Source: Lysobacterales bacterium
GTDB lineage: Bacteria; Pseudomonadota; Gammaproteobacteria; Xanthomonadales; SZUA-5
NCBI GenBank assembly: GCA_022841325.1
Contig: JALHRS010000020.1
Location: 2,541 to 66,540 of the forward strand
Length of the DNA stretch: 64,000 bases
Direction: 5' to 3'
Notes under the pieces: generated by a model
What the model saw: the letters and a program-made list of their open reading frames with translations, nothing else
Databases searched by the model: none
Told to the model about the DNA's origin: nothing
Made by a program: the position numbers and the translations under genes
Part shown: positions 19,884-30,219 of the stretch, in pieces
Layout of the letters: each line of letters opens with the position of its first letter
Position numbering within the stretch: the stretch's first letter is position 1

Positions 19884-21176
19884 TCATGGGGCGCCAAGGC
19901 GCAGCACCTGACCGATACGCAGCACGCTGCGCTTGCCGAGACCGTTCCAGTGCATCAGATCGGCCAGCCGGACACGATAGCGTCTGCTGATTGTCCAAAG
20001 CGAGTCCCCGGCCTGGACCTTGTGCACCTGGCCGGCCTTGGCCGGCTGGGCAGCAGCCACTCGCGCCGTGGCGACGGGCAGATCACCGTCGGCCAGCGTT
20101 CTCGAAGCTGCCGCGGCCAGCGCCGAGGGCAGCAGCAGCGGACGCTCAGGGGTCGTTGCGCGGCGCACCCAGGCCTGCTGGTTCCAGCGCCGGATCTGAC
20201 CGTCCTCCATGCCGATACGTTCGGCCAGCCGCTCCGGATCCACCGGAAACGGCGTGCTCACCGCCGTCAGTTTCTCGCCCGCAAACAGCTCCGGTAGCTG
20301 CAGGTCAAATCGTTCTGGATCTCCGAACAGGCAGCCGAGTGCCTTGATCTTGTCCAGATAGTCGCGCGTGGTTCGCGACAAACCGAGCTGCTCCAGTGTC
20401 ACCTCCGGTCCGAACTCCCGTCCCGCCAGGGCCTTGCGCACGCGGTAGCCGCCAGCGTTGTAGGCAGCGAAGATCAACCGTGGATAGCTGGGGAAGTCCT
20501 GGGCGTGGATGCTCAGCAGACGCATCGCGGCTTCGGTGGACGACTGCAGGTCCAGGCGTTCGTCATGGGTGCCGTGTATACCCAGGCCGAAGCGTCGGGC
20601 GGTGTCCGGCATCAGCTGCCACAGACCCAGAGCTCCGCCGGGACCGCGCGCATCCGGTCGGTAGTAGCTCTCGACCAGGGGCACCAACATGACCTCGCTG
20701 GGCAGACCCTGCAATTCCGACTGGGTCAGCACATAGTCCATCGCTGGCAGCAGCGGCCGCAGATGGTTGGCAAAGCGTTCGGGGGATCCGGCATAGCGCT
20801 GGATCCAGCGTTCGACGCCGGGACTGGGTTCGCACACGGGCCAGACTTGCTGGTCTCGGAAACGTGTCCACAGGTCTGGCCTGGGATGCGGCAACGGTGG
20901 CGTGAGCGCGGGCGCAGGTATGAGCGCGATGGCCGGGGGCGGTGCCGGTGGCGGCGCTGGAGGATGCTCTTGCTGATTGCCCGGCGGTACCTGCGACGGC
21001 TGCTCCGAGGCTGTTGGTGGACGCGGTGCCGTGGTGCTGCAGGCAAGCAGTATCAATATCCCGGCCGTGAGGCCGGCATAGCGGAAAGCTGCGCGCAGGG
21101 GAGTTCCAGCCCAGGGTGGTAATCCGGCGAGCGCATGCCCCAGCCCGCGTGCCGCAGCGTTCAGTAATCCAGACAT
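19884..21176 (-). CDS. Lytic murein transglycosylase, MltD-like lipoprotein with C-terminal LysM domains
   Basis: Lipobox LLLACS, SLT motif E-S...GLWQLMP..A, LysM (HKVQAGDSLWTISRRY...L..WN). Start uncertain. Confidence 0.8.
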   Translation of the reverse strand: MSGLLNAAARGLGHALAGLPPWAGTPLRAAFRYAGLTAGILILLACSTTAPRPPTASEQPSQVPPGNQQEHPPAPPPAPPPAIALIPAPALTPPLPHPRPDLWTRFRDQQVWPVCEPSPGVERWIQRYAGSPERFANHLRPLLPAMDYVLTQSELQGLPSEVMLVPLVESYYRPDARGPGGALGLWQLMPDTARRFGLGIHGTHDERLDLQSSTEAAMRLLSIHAQDFPSYPRLIFAAYNAGGYRVRKALAGREFGPEVTLEQLGLSRTTRDYLDKIKALGCLFGDPERFDLQLPELFAGEKLTAVSTPFPVDPERLAERIGMEDGQIRRWNQQAWVRRATTPERPLLLPSALAAAASRTLADGDLPVATARVAAAQPAKAGQVHKVQAGDSLWTISRRYRVRLADLMHWNGLGKRSVLRIGQVLRLGAP

Positions 21177-21471
21177 GTGGCTGTAGGGTTCATCGACACG
21201 ACCAGAGGCATCTGCGCGGAACAGGGGACCGGCTGCGGCTTCGGGCTGATCCCGTCGATCCCAGCGGGCGCGGGATAGTCTCAGAGTGCAGGATTTCGGT
21301 CAAATCGCGGGCGAATGCCTGGGCTGGCTCGGGGCGACGGCCGGGTTCTGCACTCAGGGTGTCGCGGCCTCGACGGCGCCTGGGCCGGCCGCCGCCGGCA
21401 TGACGGAAAATGCGGGCGGGGCCGGTGCGGGCTATGCTCCGGCAGTCCCTTCGATTCCCGTGCCCTGATTG

Positions 21472-22170
21472 ATGTCGAAATTGCCGTCCGATGTTGTGCC
21501 TGGCAGCTCACTGATTTCTCGAAGCGAACGTGCTTGCACGCTGCTGATCGAGGAGCGCTGGCGCCGGGCGCCGGGGATTTCCGTGAAGTTGACCTCGGCC
21601 GCGGCTGGTGTGGTGGAACGGCCCGGGCGCACGCGCTTCGACCTGCAGTGGCAGCCCGAGGCCCGGCAATTCACCGGGCCGCTGCGCTGTGGATGGCCGG
21701 ATATCCCGATGGCCGCCGGATCCCTGCAGCTGCTGATCGTCGAACGCCTCGGCATCGCCGACGAACAGCTGCTCGAAGAGCTGCTGACCGAAGCGCTGCG
21801 GGTGCTGGCGGATGATGGTCGAGTATTGCTGGTCGATACCAATCCCTGGAGCTGGCTGGGGCTGCGGGCACGCTGGCAGGGAGCGCCGCCGATGCCTGCA
21901 GCGGCAATGGTTGCGCGCTTGATGAGGCGAATGGGCCTGGACGACGTCGAGAGTGAGCACGTGCTGCGCCTGCCGCCGCTGCCGCGGGCAATACTCGAGC
22001 GCTATGGTGATCCCATCAATGCCTGGTGCACGCGCGTACTGGCAGTTCCCGGTTGCATCTACGCGGTGTCCGGTCGCAAGCGCAGCAGCAATGTCATTGC
22101 GATACCGATCCGGCGCGACCAGCGTCCGGCCCTGATTGCGGCTCCGGAGGGGATGCGTCGTGCAGGCTGA
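21472..22170 (+). CDS. YafS-like SAM-dependent methyltransferase family protein
   Basis: [29 protein letters not shown] resembles the E. coli YafS segment LLREADRVLIDDGWLVISGFNPISFMGLR. Position beside rnhA as in enterobacteria. Confidence 0.55.
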   Translation: MSKLPSDVVPGSSLISRSERACTLLIEERWRRAPGISVKLTSAAAGVVERPGRTRFDLQWQPEARQFTGPLRCGWPDIPMAAGSLQLLIVERLGIADEQLLEELLTEALRVLADDGRVLLVDTNPWSWLGLRARWQGAPPMPAAAMVARLMRRMGLDDVESEHVLRLPPLPRAILERYGDPINAWCTRVLAVPGCIYAVSGRKRSSNVIAIPIRRDQRPALIAAPEGMRRAG

Positions 22171-22645
22171 CAGTGACGCGGTCGTGGCCTACACCGACGG
22201 TGCCTGCTCAGGCAATCCCGGACCGGGAGCCTGGGGTGCAGTGTTGATCTTCCGGGGACGGGAACTGGAGCTGTGCGGCTTTGAGCCCGACACCACCAAC
22301 AACCGGATGGAACTGATGGGCGCGATCGCCGCGCTCGAAGCATTGAAACGCGGCTGCGATGTGCATCTGCACAGCGACTCCCAATATGTCTGCAAGGGCA
22401 TCTCCGAGTGGCTGCCGGGATGGCAGCGCCGCGGCTGGAAGACTGCTGCGGGAAAACCGGTGCTCAATCGCGATCTCTGGGAGCGACTGGCGATCCAGGC
22501 CGCGCGTCACAAGGTCCGCTGGCAATGGGTGCGCGGCCACAGTGGCGTGCCCTTGAACGAGCGCGTCGACCAGTTGGCGCGGCGCTGTCTGGAAGAGGGC
22601 AGGGGGCGCGCGGCGAGCCCACAGGACGCGGGCTCGGCAGCATGA
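22160..22645 (+). CDS. rnhA: Ribonuclease HI
   Basis: GTG start after a [31 protein letters not shown] and HSD..YV motifs. Overlaps the upstream stop. Confidence 0.93.
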   Translation: MQADSDAVVAYTDGACSGNPGPGAWGAVLIFRGRELELCGFEPDTTNNRMELMGAIAALEALKRGCDVHLHSDSQYVCKGISEWLPGWQRRGWKTAAGKPVLNRDLWERLAIQAARHKVRWQWVRGHSGVPLNERVDQLARRCLEEGRGRAASPQDAGSAA

Positions 22646-23340
22646 GGCAGGTGGCGCTGGATACCGAGACCACCGGCATGGATATCGCCGCCGGCAACCG
22701 CATCCTCGAGATCGGCTGCATCGAGATCGTGCAGCGGGTGGTGACCGGACGCAGGTTCCACGTCTACCTCAATCCCGACCGCGACAGTGAACCCGGGGCG
22801 CTGCAGGTGCACGGGCTGACCCGTGAATTCCTGGCCGACAAGCCGCAGTTTGCCGATATCGTCGATGAACTGCTGGCTTTCATCGATGGCGCCGAACTGC
22901 TGATACACAACGCCCCCTTCGATCTGGGCTTTCTGAACAACGAGCTGAAACTGTTGTCGAGGACCGGCCGGATCGAGGAGCAGCAGGCAGTCCTCGATAC
23001 GCTGACGCTGGCCCGTCAGCTGCACCCGGGACAGCGCAACTCGCTGGATGCGCTGTGCAAGCGCTATCAGGTCGACAATTCCGGACGGAGCTACCACGGT
23101 GCCTTGCTCGACGCGCGCCTGCTCGCGGACGTCTATCTGGCGATGACCGCAGGGCAGGGCAGTCTGAGCCTGGACATGGTCAGTCACGGACCGGTCCTGA
23201 CGGCGTCCGGCTCCCGGACTGTAGTCCAGATTCCACGGCGTCGGGCCACCGCTGTGGAAATCAGCGCCCACGAGGAACGCATTGCGGAACTCGAGAAAAA
23301 ATCGGGAAATTCATCGCTCTGGCGCAATTGGTCCCTCTGA
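22642..23340 (+). CDS. dnaQ: DNA polymerase III epsilon subunit (3'-5' exonuclease)
   Basis: [12 protein letters not shown] (ExoI), HNAPFD (ExoII), HGALLDA (ExoIII). ATGA overlap with the rnhA stop. Confidence 0.93.
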   Translation: MRQVALDTETTGMDIAAGNRILEIGCIEIVQRVVTGRRFHVYLNPDRDSEPGALQVHGLTREFLADKPQFADIVDELLAFIDGAELLIHNAPFDLGFLNNELKLLSRTGRIEEQQAVLDTLTLARQLHPGQRNSLDALCKRYQVDNSGRSYHGALLDARLLADVYLAMTAGQGSLSLDMVSHGPVLTASGSRTVVQIPRRRATAVEISAHEERIAELEKKSGNSSLWRNWSL

Positions 23341-23451
23341 TCAAGGATTCATGAGGCCTATGTGCTCGTGAAGTGAACAGAAAGGGTGACGTCGAGCAAA
23401 GGCAAGTGGCAGAATGCAGCGAGCCTCATCTCGGGTCGGGGAGCTAGTCAG

Positions 23452-24813
23452 ATGGTGCAAACACCAGAGATCGGACCACCGCTGGGCTCCAAGCGCGCCA
23501 GTTTCGCGTCTTGGGTCGTTACCATCCTGTTGGCGGTGCAAGTGCTGCCACTGCATGCGGCTGGTGCCGTGGAGCAGATCTTCGCGCACAAGCATCTGGG
23601 GCCGGCAACCTGTGCCAGCTCGGTTTGCCATGGTGCCAACCAGCGCGGTGCCAGTTCTGAAATCCTGTTGAACGAATTCAGCGTCTGGCAGCAGACCGAT
23701 CCTCACGCCAGGTCGTACGCGACGCTGGGATCAGCGGATTCCAAACGCATTGCCACGAAACTGGGTCTGGGGGATCCACGATCGGCGGCCGTGTGCCTGG
23801 ATTGTCATACCGATGCCCCGCCCGAAGCGATGCGCGGCGACAAGTTCCTGATCACCGACGGTGTCGGCTGCGAAGCCTGCCACGGCGGTTCCGAGCAGTG
23901 GATTTCCACCCATACCGAAGCCGGGCGCGATCGCGCCAAGACGCTGGCCGAGGGTCTGTATCCCACCGATCAGCCGGTAGCCCGGGCCAAGCTGTGCCTG
24001 AGCTGCCATATGGGTACGCGTGACCGCATGATCACCCACCGCATCATGGGTGCCGGTCATCCGCGGTTGTCCTTCGAACTCGACACCTTCACTTGGCTCA
24101 ATCCTCACTATGAGATCGATGAGGACTATGTCCGGCGCAAGGGCGAGTTCAATGGTGCTCGAGACTGGGCCATCGGCCAGGGTATCTCGGCGGTCAATCT
24201 GCTCGACATCCTGACCGACGAGCGCAAGGGCTGGAACGGCATCTTCCCGGAGCTGGTGCTGTTCGATTGTCATGCCTGCCATCGTCCGATGAGCGGGCGT
24301 CAGTGGGGGCCGCGACCGGGCACTGGCCTGGGCCCTGGCGTGGTGCGCTTGAACGACGCCAATCTGGTGATGTTCCGGCACGTGCTGAGCGTGGTTGATC
24401 CGCGCGCCGGCGAGGACCTGATGGCGGGCACCCGGGCGCTGCATCAGGCCACCTTGGTCAGTCGCGAGCGTACCTTCGCGGCGGCCAATGCGCTGAAGAA
24501 CAAGGTGGAAGGCCAGCTCGACAAGGTGGCCGCCTACGAGTTCGGTCCGGAGACCCTGGGCAAGGTGCTGGACAGCCTGATCCGCGACGCCGATCGCGGC
24601 GAATTCCGGGACTTTGCCGGCGCCGAGCAGGCAGCCCTGGCGGCGCAGTCAGTGGTCGTGGCTTTCGAGACGGCCAGGCAGCTGGGTGATGCCGATGCTG
24701 CCGGTCTGAGAGCCGGAGTCGATCGCCTGTATGCGTCGGTAGAGAAGGAAGACGCCTACAACATGGCCAATTTTGTCAGTGCCCTGAAATCGCTGCGGGC
24801 AAGTGCCCGCTGA
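23452..24813 (+). CDS. Exported multihaem c-type cytochrome (cytochrome c554-like N-terminal region plus long helical C-terminal region)
   Basis: Signal peptide. Four CXXCH sites (CLDCH, CEACH, CLSCH, CHACH) plus one CX4CH (CASSVCH). W..TDPHA..Y..L segment typical of c554-like proteins. Start 23452 chosen after a GGGGAG RBS (ORF opens at 23386). Confidence 0.7.
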   Translation: MVQTPEIGPPLGSKRASFASWVVTILLAVQVLPLHAAGAVEQIFAHKHLGPATCASSVCHGANQRGASSEILLNEFSVWQQTDPHARSYATLGSADSKRIATKLGLGDPRSAAVCLDCHTDAPPEAMRGDKFLITDGVGCEACHGGSEQWISTHTEAGRDRAKTLAEGLYPTDQPVARAKLCLSCHMGTRDRMITHRIMGAGHPRLSFELDTFTWLNPHYEIDEDYVRRKGEFNGARDWAIGQGISAVNLLDILTDERKGWNGIFPELVLFDCHACHRPMSGRQWGPRPGTGLGPGVVRLNDANLVMFRHVLSVVDPRAGEDLMAGTRALHQATLVSRERTFAAANALKNKVEGQLDKVAAYEFGPETLGKVLDSLIRDADRGEFRDFAGAEQAALAAQSVVVAFETARQLGDADAAGLRAGVDRLYASVEKEDAYNMANFVSALKSLRASAR

Positions 24814-24953
24814 TCCTGGTCAGGCTGTATCTGCCATCGAAGCGCGGGGGCGTGTGTCGTTTGAGTGCCTGGAGGGCTCGAATGACACGCCGTCCTTGCG
24901 GTTCGGTGCCGAGCACGGGTCTAATCACCGGCAGCGCCTACGAATAGAGTGAC

Positions 24954-26381
24954 ATGGCTGAACTGCCGCAAATCCCAGGATATCGCCTGCTCAAGGTGCT
25001 GAAACAGAGCAAGCGCTCGCGCACATTCCTGGCCGAACAGCAATCGCTGGCGCGGCAGGTGGCACTGAAGGTACTGAGCGAGGAATTCTTCGACGATCCG
25101 GCCCTGCGTCAGCGCTTCGTTGACGAAGGCAAGAGCGCGGCACGCCTCAATCACCCGCATGTGCTCGCCGTCTTCGACATTGGTTCGGCCGGGGGCTTTC
25201 CCTATATCGCCACCGAGTTCGTGCCCGGGGGCACGCTGCGCGATCGCATGCAGGTGCCGATGGCGCCGGTCGAGGCCTTGCGCATCACCCGCGATCTGGC
25301 CAGCGCGCTCGATTACGCGCACTCCCAGGGCGTGGTCCATCGCGATATCAAACCGTCGAACATCATGTTCCGCGGCGACGGTGCCGCAGTACTGGGCGAT
25401 CTCGGCATCCTCAAGGCGCAGAGCGAAGCCGGGAGCATGCAGATCGGCAGTCCGCACTACATGAGTCCCGAGCAGATCGAGGGTGAAAGCGGCGACGGCC
25501 GTGCCGATCTTTACAGTCTGGGCATCGTCTTGTTCGAGATGCTGACCGGTCGCCCGCCCTTCGATGCGGATGATCCCTACGCGGTGATTGCAAAACACCT
25601 GACCGAGCCGGTGCCGAAGCTGCCCGAAGCATTCGCGCTGTACCAGTCGCTGATCGACAAGACTCTGGCCAAGAGTGCCGCCGAGCGCTTTGGCAGCGCT
25701 CGCGAGATGGTCGCGGCTCTCGATGGCTTCATCGAGCCCAAGACCGTGCGTGAGCCGCGCACCGAGGCCATGCGGCCAACGGCCAAGCCGGCGGCCGCCC
25801 GGCCCGCCGAGACCCAGGTATTCGGGACACCGACGGTGGTTCAGGCCGCCGCGAGCGAGCCGGCTCCGCGCCCGGCGGCTGCTCCTGCGCCAGTTGCCCC
25901 GGTAGCGCCGGCGCCGGCCAGAGCTTACCGCCAGGCACCCAAATCGAATCTGCCGCGGGCCATCGTACGAATCACCCTGGTGATAGCCGTCATTGTGGCG
26001 GTGGCCTGGGGTTTGGCGCAGCTGTTTGGGCGTTCTGCGCCCACCGCCGGTGCTGGCGCCGGAGCATCAGACAAGGCACTGGCCCAGCTCGGCGGTACCC
26101 AGGGTATGGCTGAAGGCATCCTGGCCAAGGCGGAGCGCCTGATCAACGAAAAGAAATGGTCGGAAGCCTTTGATACCATCCAGCAGGGTGGTCTGAGTCC
26201 GGCCAACAAGGAGCGCGCACAGCAGGTGCGCAAGAAGCTGGTGCAGGCCATGGCCGACGAAGTGGGCACGTTGCGCAAGGGCGGCAACAATGATGCTGCC
26301 GAGGGCCTGCTGGCACAGGCGCTGAAGATGTTTCCCGACGAACCCGCGCTGACCCTGCTGGCCAGTCAGAAGCCGTCCTGA
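24954..26381 (+). CDS. Hanks-type serine/threonine protein kinase, single-pass membrane protein with helical extracytoplasmic tail
   Basis: VALKVL (Lys), HRDIKPSNIMF catalytic loop, DLG, SPHYMSPE. Pro/Ala-rich linker, TM IVRITLVIAVIVAVAWGLAQLF, roughly 110-aa C-terminal domain. Confidence 0.9.
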   Translation: MAELPQIPGYRLLKVLKQSKRSRTFLAEQQSLARQVALKVLSEEFFDDPALRQRFVDEGKSAARLNHPHVLAVFDIGSAGGFPYIATEFVPGGTLRDRMQVPMAPVEALRITRDLASALDYAHSQGVVHRDIKPSNIMFRGDGAAVLGDLGILKAQSEAGSMQIGSPHYMSPEQIEGESGDGRADLYSLGIVLFEMLTGRPPFDADDPYAVIAKHLTEPVPKLPEAFALYQSLIDKTLAKSAAERFGSAREMVAALDGFIEPKTVREPRTEAMRPTAKPAAARPAETQVFGTPTVVQAAASEPAPRPAAAPAPVAPVAPAPARAYRQAPKSNLPRAIVRITLVIAVIVAVAWGLAQLFGRSAPTAGAGAGASDKALAQLGGTQGMAEGILAKAERLINEKKWSEAFDTIQQGGLSPANKERAQQVRKKLVQAMADEVGTLRKGGNNDAAEGLLAQALKMFPDEPALTLLASQKPS

Positions 26382-26437
26382 ACCTTGCTGCGGTCCGCAC
26401 GGGTGGGACCGATTGAAGATCTTGTGCCGGAAGATGG

Positions 26438-26662
26438 TTGGCCGTGGTTCACGATGCGCCGATCCTGCAGTTTCTGGTGCAGCGCGCCTATCCACGGCAG
26501 CTGACGGTATTGCCGCAGCGCCTTGATCGTCAGTATTACGCCTTCGCGCTGCCTGAGGGTCGGCCGGAGTTGCGCGAGGCGATTGACCATGCGTTGCTGG
26601 AAGCCATCGAAGATCCGCGCTGGAATGCGCAACTGCAGCGCTATCTGGGTACCGACGAATAG
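26438..26662 (+). pseudogene. Orphan 3' fragment of a family-3 solute-binding protein gene (SBP_bac_3-like C-terminus)
   Basis: 74 codons reading AVVHDAPILQFL..YYAFALPEGRPELREAIDHALLEAIEDPRWNAQLQRYLG, typical of the last third of amino-acid-binding proteins. An in-frame TGA lies about 20 nt upstream, and there is no signal peptide or N-terminal lobe. Confidence 0.55.
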
Positions 26663-26707
26663 TCTGGAACACCGCCGCAGCGCGGCCGCGCCCGGATGCG
26701 CCTCGAT

Positions 26708-27406
26708 TCAGACGCAGCGCACCAGCAGTACCGTGATGTTGTCGGAACCGCCGTGATCCAGGGCCGCCAGGATCAGGTGGTCCACCGTTTCCTGCGCACT
26801 CAGACCGCGTTCGATGATCTCGCTGATCATCGTGTCCTCGACTTCCTCGGTCAGGCCGTCGCTGCAGAGCAGCAGACACTGCCCGGGTTCGAGGGTGCCA
26901 CGCAGGGTCTCGATCTTCAGCTGATCGGGCATGGTCACACCCAGCGCCTGGGTCACCACATTGCGGTGCGGATGCGTGCGTGCCTGCGCGGCGCTGATGG
27001 CACCCTGGTCGATCAACTCCTGCACATAGGAGTGATCCTGCGAGATCTGGCGCAGGCTGCCGTTCCAGATGTAGACCCGACTGTCCCCTACCCAGGCCAC
27101 CTCGTAATCGTGCTTCTGCACGCGTACGGCGACCACGGTGGTGCCCATCGGGCGCTCACTGCGCTTTTCGTTGGAGTGGCGGATGATTTCCTCATCCGCC
27201 GATTGAATGGCGTTTGCCAGGGCCTGGCCCTTGTGCACTTCGCGGATAACAACATCCCGCGCCAGTGCGCTGGCCACCTCGCCGTGCTCGTGCCCGCCCA
27301 TCCCGTCAGCCACCAACCACAGACCCATGTCGGGATCCGCGCAATAGGTGTCCTCGTTATGCTCGCGCCGTAGCCCGGTATGCGTCCCGTGTCCGAATTC
27401 GATCAT
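26708..27406 (-). CDS. PP2C-family serine/threonine phosphatase
   Basis: GHGTHTGLRREHNEDT, VADGMGGHEHGEVAS, LLLCSDGL and GGSDNITVLLV motifs. Confidence 0.92.
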   Translation of the reverse strand: MIEFGHGTHTGLRREHNEDTYCADPDMGLWLVADGMGGHEHGEVASALARDVVIREVHKGQALANAIQSADEEIIRHSNEKRSERPMGTTVVAVRVQKHDYEVAWVGDSRVYIWNGSLRQISQDHSYVQELIDQGAISAAQARTHPHRNVVTQALGVTMPDQLKIETLRGTLEPGQCLLLCSDGLTEEVEDTMISEIIERGLSAQETVDHLILAALDHGGSDNITVLLVRCV

Positions 27407-27672
27407 GGTGCTCGGTCGCGAAAAATAGCGGTCAATCGGCGCCGATGCCGCGGGTTGTTAGCCCGGCATCCGACGGCGGAAGAAACAAGATTTTCAGATT
27501 CAATGTTTGCAAGCGAGGCCTCCCTCACCGATAGGATGCCGTGCGCATACGCTGCTTGCAACACACCATTCTGATCAGTCGCCTTGAGAACGGGAAAAAC
27601 ACGCCGCAGGTGCCATCCGCCGGTCGGCCCACCAAAGTGTTTCCGAACTCCATCAAAGTCACCCACAGGTGC

Positions 27673-27701
27673 TTGTCGGCGCGCGCTGCTGACCGTATGC
27701 T
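27673..27701 (+). promoter_or_regulatory. Candidate sigma70 promoter (TTGTCG-N17-TATGCT) upstream of tRNA-Ser(CGA)
   Basis: Hexamers and spacing read directly. Weak match. Confidence 0.3.
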
Positions 27702-27744
27702 CCGCCCCCTTGCCGCGCGTCGCGCAGCAATGATCACAGTCTCC

Positions 27745-27834
<90 letters not shown>

Positions 27835-27840
27835 AATCAG

Positions 27841-27872
27841 AACCCGGCCGCCAACGCGACCGGGTTTTTTTT
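27841..27872 (+). terminator. Rho-independent terminator after tRNA-Ser(CGA)
   Basis: CCCGGCCG...CGACCGGG stem followed by TTTTTTTT. Confidence 0.75.
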
Positions 27873-27893
27873 GCCCGCGATCTGGCCATCCCG

Positions 27894-27917
27894 GTGGGAG
27901 CGGCTTCAGCCGCGATC
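27894..27917. repeat. REP-like hairpin GTGGGAGCGGCTTCAGCCGCGATC
   Basis: Same GTGGGAGCGG...CCGCGA core as 57671-57695 and, inverted, 49748-49843. Confidence 0.7.
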
Positions 27918-28020
27918 AGGACTGAGGGTCAAGGTCAGCGGCGGGTCGACACTCCCTGTCAGCCGGCCGCAGCTGCGATCGCAGTCCAGACCGCGACCGT
28001 CAGATGGCAGCAGGCACCGA

Positions 28021-28392
28021 TCATTGCGTTCGATGGTAGATGCCTTTCCAGCGCTGGCTGCCGTCCGGATTGAAGGTGGCGGCATCGGCGGCGCCGTCGC
28101 TGCGCAGTTTGAAACTGACGAAGCCCAGGTCCGGCTTGTTACCGCGCCTGAAGGTGAGTACCAGCCAGCCGTTGCGGAAGTAACCCATGGCGTCTGCGTA
28201 GATCTGGTCGTTCTCGGTGAATTGCGCGGTGACGACCTCCGGGGTCTTCTGCGCGAGCATCACCGTGATGCAGTCGTTGGCATTGCTCTGGGCGCACCAT
28301 TTGCCGTCGATGGACTGCGCGTCGATCGAGGGGCTGAAACTGATCATGCTGGCTGTGAGCAGCAGTGCGGAAAGTGTGGATTTGGATGTCAT
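28021..28392 (-). CDS. Hypothetical small exported protein
   Basis: 123-aa ORF with a signal peptide (MTSKSTLSALLLTASMISFSPSIDA). No family recognised. Confidence 0.5.
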   Translation of the reverse strand: MTSKSTLSALLLTASMISFSPSIDAQSIDGKWCAQSNANDCITVMLAQKTPEVVTAQFTENDQIYADAMGYFRNGWLVLTFRRGNKPDLGFVSFKLRSDGAADAATFNPDGSQRWKGIYHRTQ

Positions 28393-28649
28393 GGAAGGTC
28401 TCCCGATCCGGTGCCACCGAATCCTGACTTGCCCCGGCTTGCTCGCATTTGTCCAGGATCAAGACCTGGGTTCGGCTCGGCAGGCATGTATCTCCAAGCT
28501 GGGCGCGCCTGAGTCCGGCTCGGCTGAAGGCGCGATGCACCTCGTGCGCTCCTCGCAATGACGCGTCGATGCGGTGTCCTGAGGTCCGGGTTTCGAAGCG
28601 CCCGCAAACTCCGGCACACTGGCCGCCCTGGAATGGCTCTGGAGGGGCG

Positions 28650-29720
28650 ATGAGCAGACCGCGGGGCAATCATGGCAAGTCTACGGTGGCGCCCTTCGAG
28701 CTGGCCGGCGTGTCGGTGGCTGCGGGTTCCGAGGCCACCATTGATCTGGCGATCAGCCGTTTGTCCACGCACACCCCGCTGGCACTGCCGGTGCGGGTGC
28801 TGCACGGGGCCAGGCCGGGTCCGGTGATGTTCGTCAGCGCCTGCGTGCATGGTGACGAGATCATCGGCGTCGAGATCATCCGCCGTCTGCTGTCGCGGAT
28901 TGCGCCGAAGCGCCTCGCCGGCACGCTGCTGCTGATTCCGGTGGTCAATGTGCTCGGCTTCATCATGCACCAGCGCTATCTGCCGGATCGGCGCGATCTC
29001 AACCGCAGCTTTCCGGGTACCTCCAGAGGTTCGCTGGCCGGGCAACTTGCCCATGCCTTTTCCAGTCAGATCATCAGTCGCTGCCAGTTCGGCATCGATA
29101 TCCATTCGGCGGCGCTGCATCGAAGCAATCTGCCGCAGATCAGGATCAGCTCCGAGCGCCCGGTGGCCTTCGAACTGGCCATGGCCTTCGGCGCGCCGGC
29201 GGTGATCTCGGCGCCGTTGCGGCCGGGGTCGTTGCGACAGATGGCGGCGGAAATGGATGTCGATGTGCTGGTCTACGAATCGGGCGAGGCGCTGCGATTC
29301 GACGAACTGGCCATACGCGTGGGCGTCAAGGGTGTGCTCCGGGTCATGGCCCATCAGGGCATGTGGCGCCGCAGCGAGGGTGATGAAGTGCCGACCAGGC
29401 CGGTGGTGTCGCAGCGTACCCACTGGATCAGGGCGCCGCAGGGCGGCATCTTCCGCGCCACCCGGCGCCCGGGCGAGCTGGTGCAGGCCGGCGCCACCCT
29501 CGGTCATCTTGCCGATCCTTTCGGCGATTCCGATCAGCCGGTGACGGCGCACAGCGAGGGCTTGATCATCGGCCGCAGCAACCTGCCCATCGTCAACCAG
29601 GGCGATGCGCTGATGCATATCGCCCAGATCAAATCTTTCCACACCGCCGGCGAGCGCATAGAGGGCATCGCCGAAGGGGCGCTGTCGGACCCCTTCTTCG
29701 ACGAGGATGAGATTCTCTGA
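28650..29720 (+). CDS. Succinylglutamate desuccinylase/aspartoacylase-family zinc deacylase
   Basis: VSACVHGDEIIGVEI (Zn His/Glu) and RDLNRSFPG motifs. ATG 28650 after a GGAGGGG RBS (ORF opens at 28449). Confidence 0.75.
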   Translation: MSRPRGNHGKSTVAPFELAGVSVAAGSEATIDLAISRLSTHTPLALPVRVLHGARPGPVMFVSACVHGDEIIGVEIIRRLLSRIAPKRLAGTLLLIPVVNVLGFIMHQRYLPDRRDLNRSFPGTSRGSLAGQLAHAFSSQIISRCQFGIDIHSAALHRSNLPQIRISSERPVAFELAMAFGAPAVISAPLRPGSLRQMAAEMDVDVLVYESGEALRFDELAIRVGVKGVLRVMAHQGMWRRSEGDEVPTRPVVSQRTHWIRAPQGGIFRATRRPGELVQAGATLGHLADPFGDSDQPVTAHSEGLIIGRSNLPIVNQGDALMHIAQIKSFHTAGERIEGIAEGALSDPFFDEDEIL

Positions 29721-29793
29721 TGCCGGCCGGGCACAATCCCACGGGTCGCCCGCGCTTACGTATCATCCGCCGCCTCAAGATTGGAGCCTGACC

Positions 29794-30219
29794 ATGTCGC
29801 AATTGCTGGTGCCCGTTTCCTACGGCGAACTGATCGACAAGATCAGCATTCTCGAGATCAAGGCGCAACGCATCAGCGATGCCGCCAAGCTGGCCAATGT
29901 GCAGAAGGAGCTGGAAGCCTTGCTGGCGACCTGGCAGGCGCATCCGGCCTCGACGGCGGCCTCGATCGAGGATCTCTGGGCGGGCCTGCGCGGCGTCAAC
30001 GGCCAGCTCTGGGATATCGAGGACCGCATTCGCATCAAGGAAGGACTGGGCCTGTTCGATGCCGAGTTCATCGAGCTGGCGCGGGCGGTCTATTTCATCA
30101 ACGACGACCGCGCCCGCCTGAAGCGGGAGTTGAACGCGCGTCTGGGCTCGGAGCTGGTGGAGGAGAAGTCCTACGCCGATTACCGCCGTGTGGACGCCGG
30201 TGCGCCGAAGGTGGATTGA
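29794..30219 (+). CDS. DUF6165-family protein
   Basis: VPVSYGELIDKISILEIK, LWDIEDRIR, FIELARAVYFINDDRA and EEKSY match my recollection of DUF6165, often found near LPS-core genes. Confidence 0.55.
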   Translation: MSQLLVPVSYGELIDKISILEIKAQRISDAAKLANVQKELEALLATWQAHPASTAASIEDLWAGLRGVNGQLWDIEDRIRIKEGLGLFDAEFIELARAVYFINDDRARLKRELNARLGSELVEEKSYADYRRVDAGAPKVD

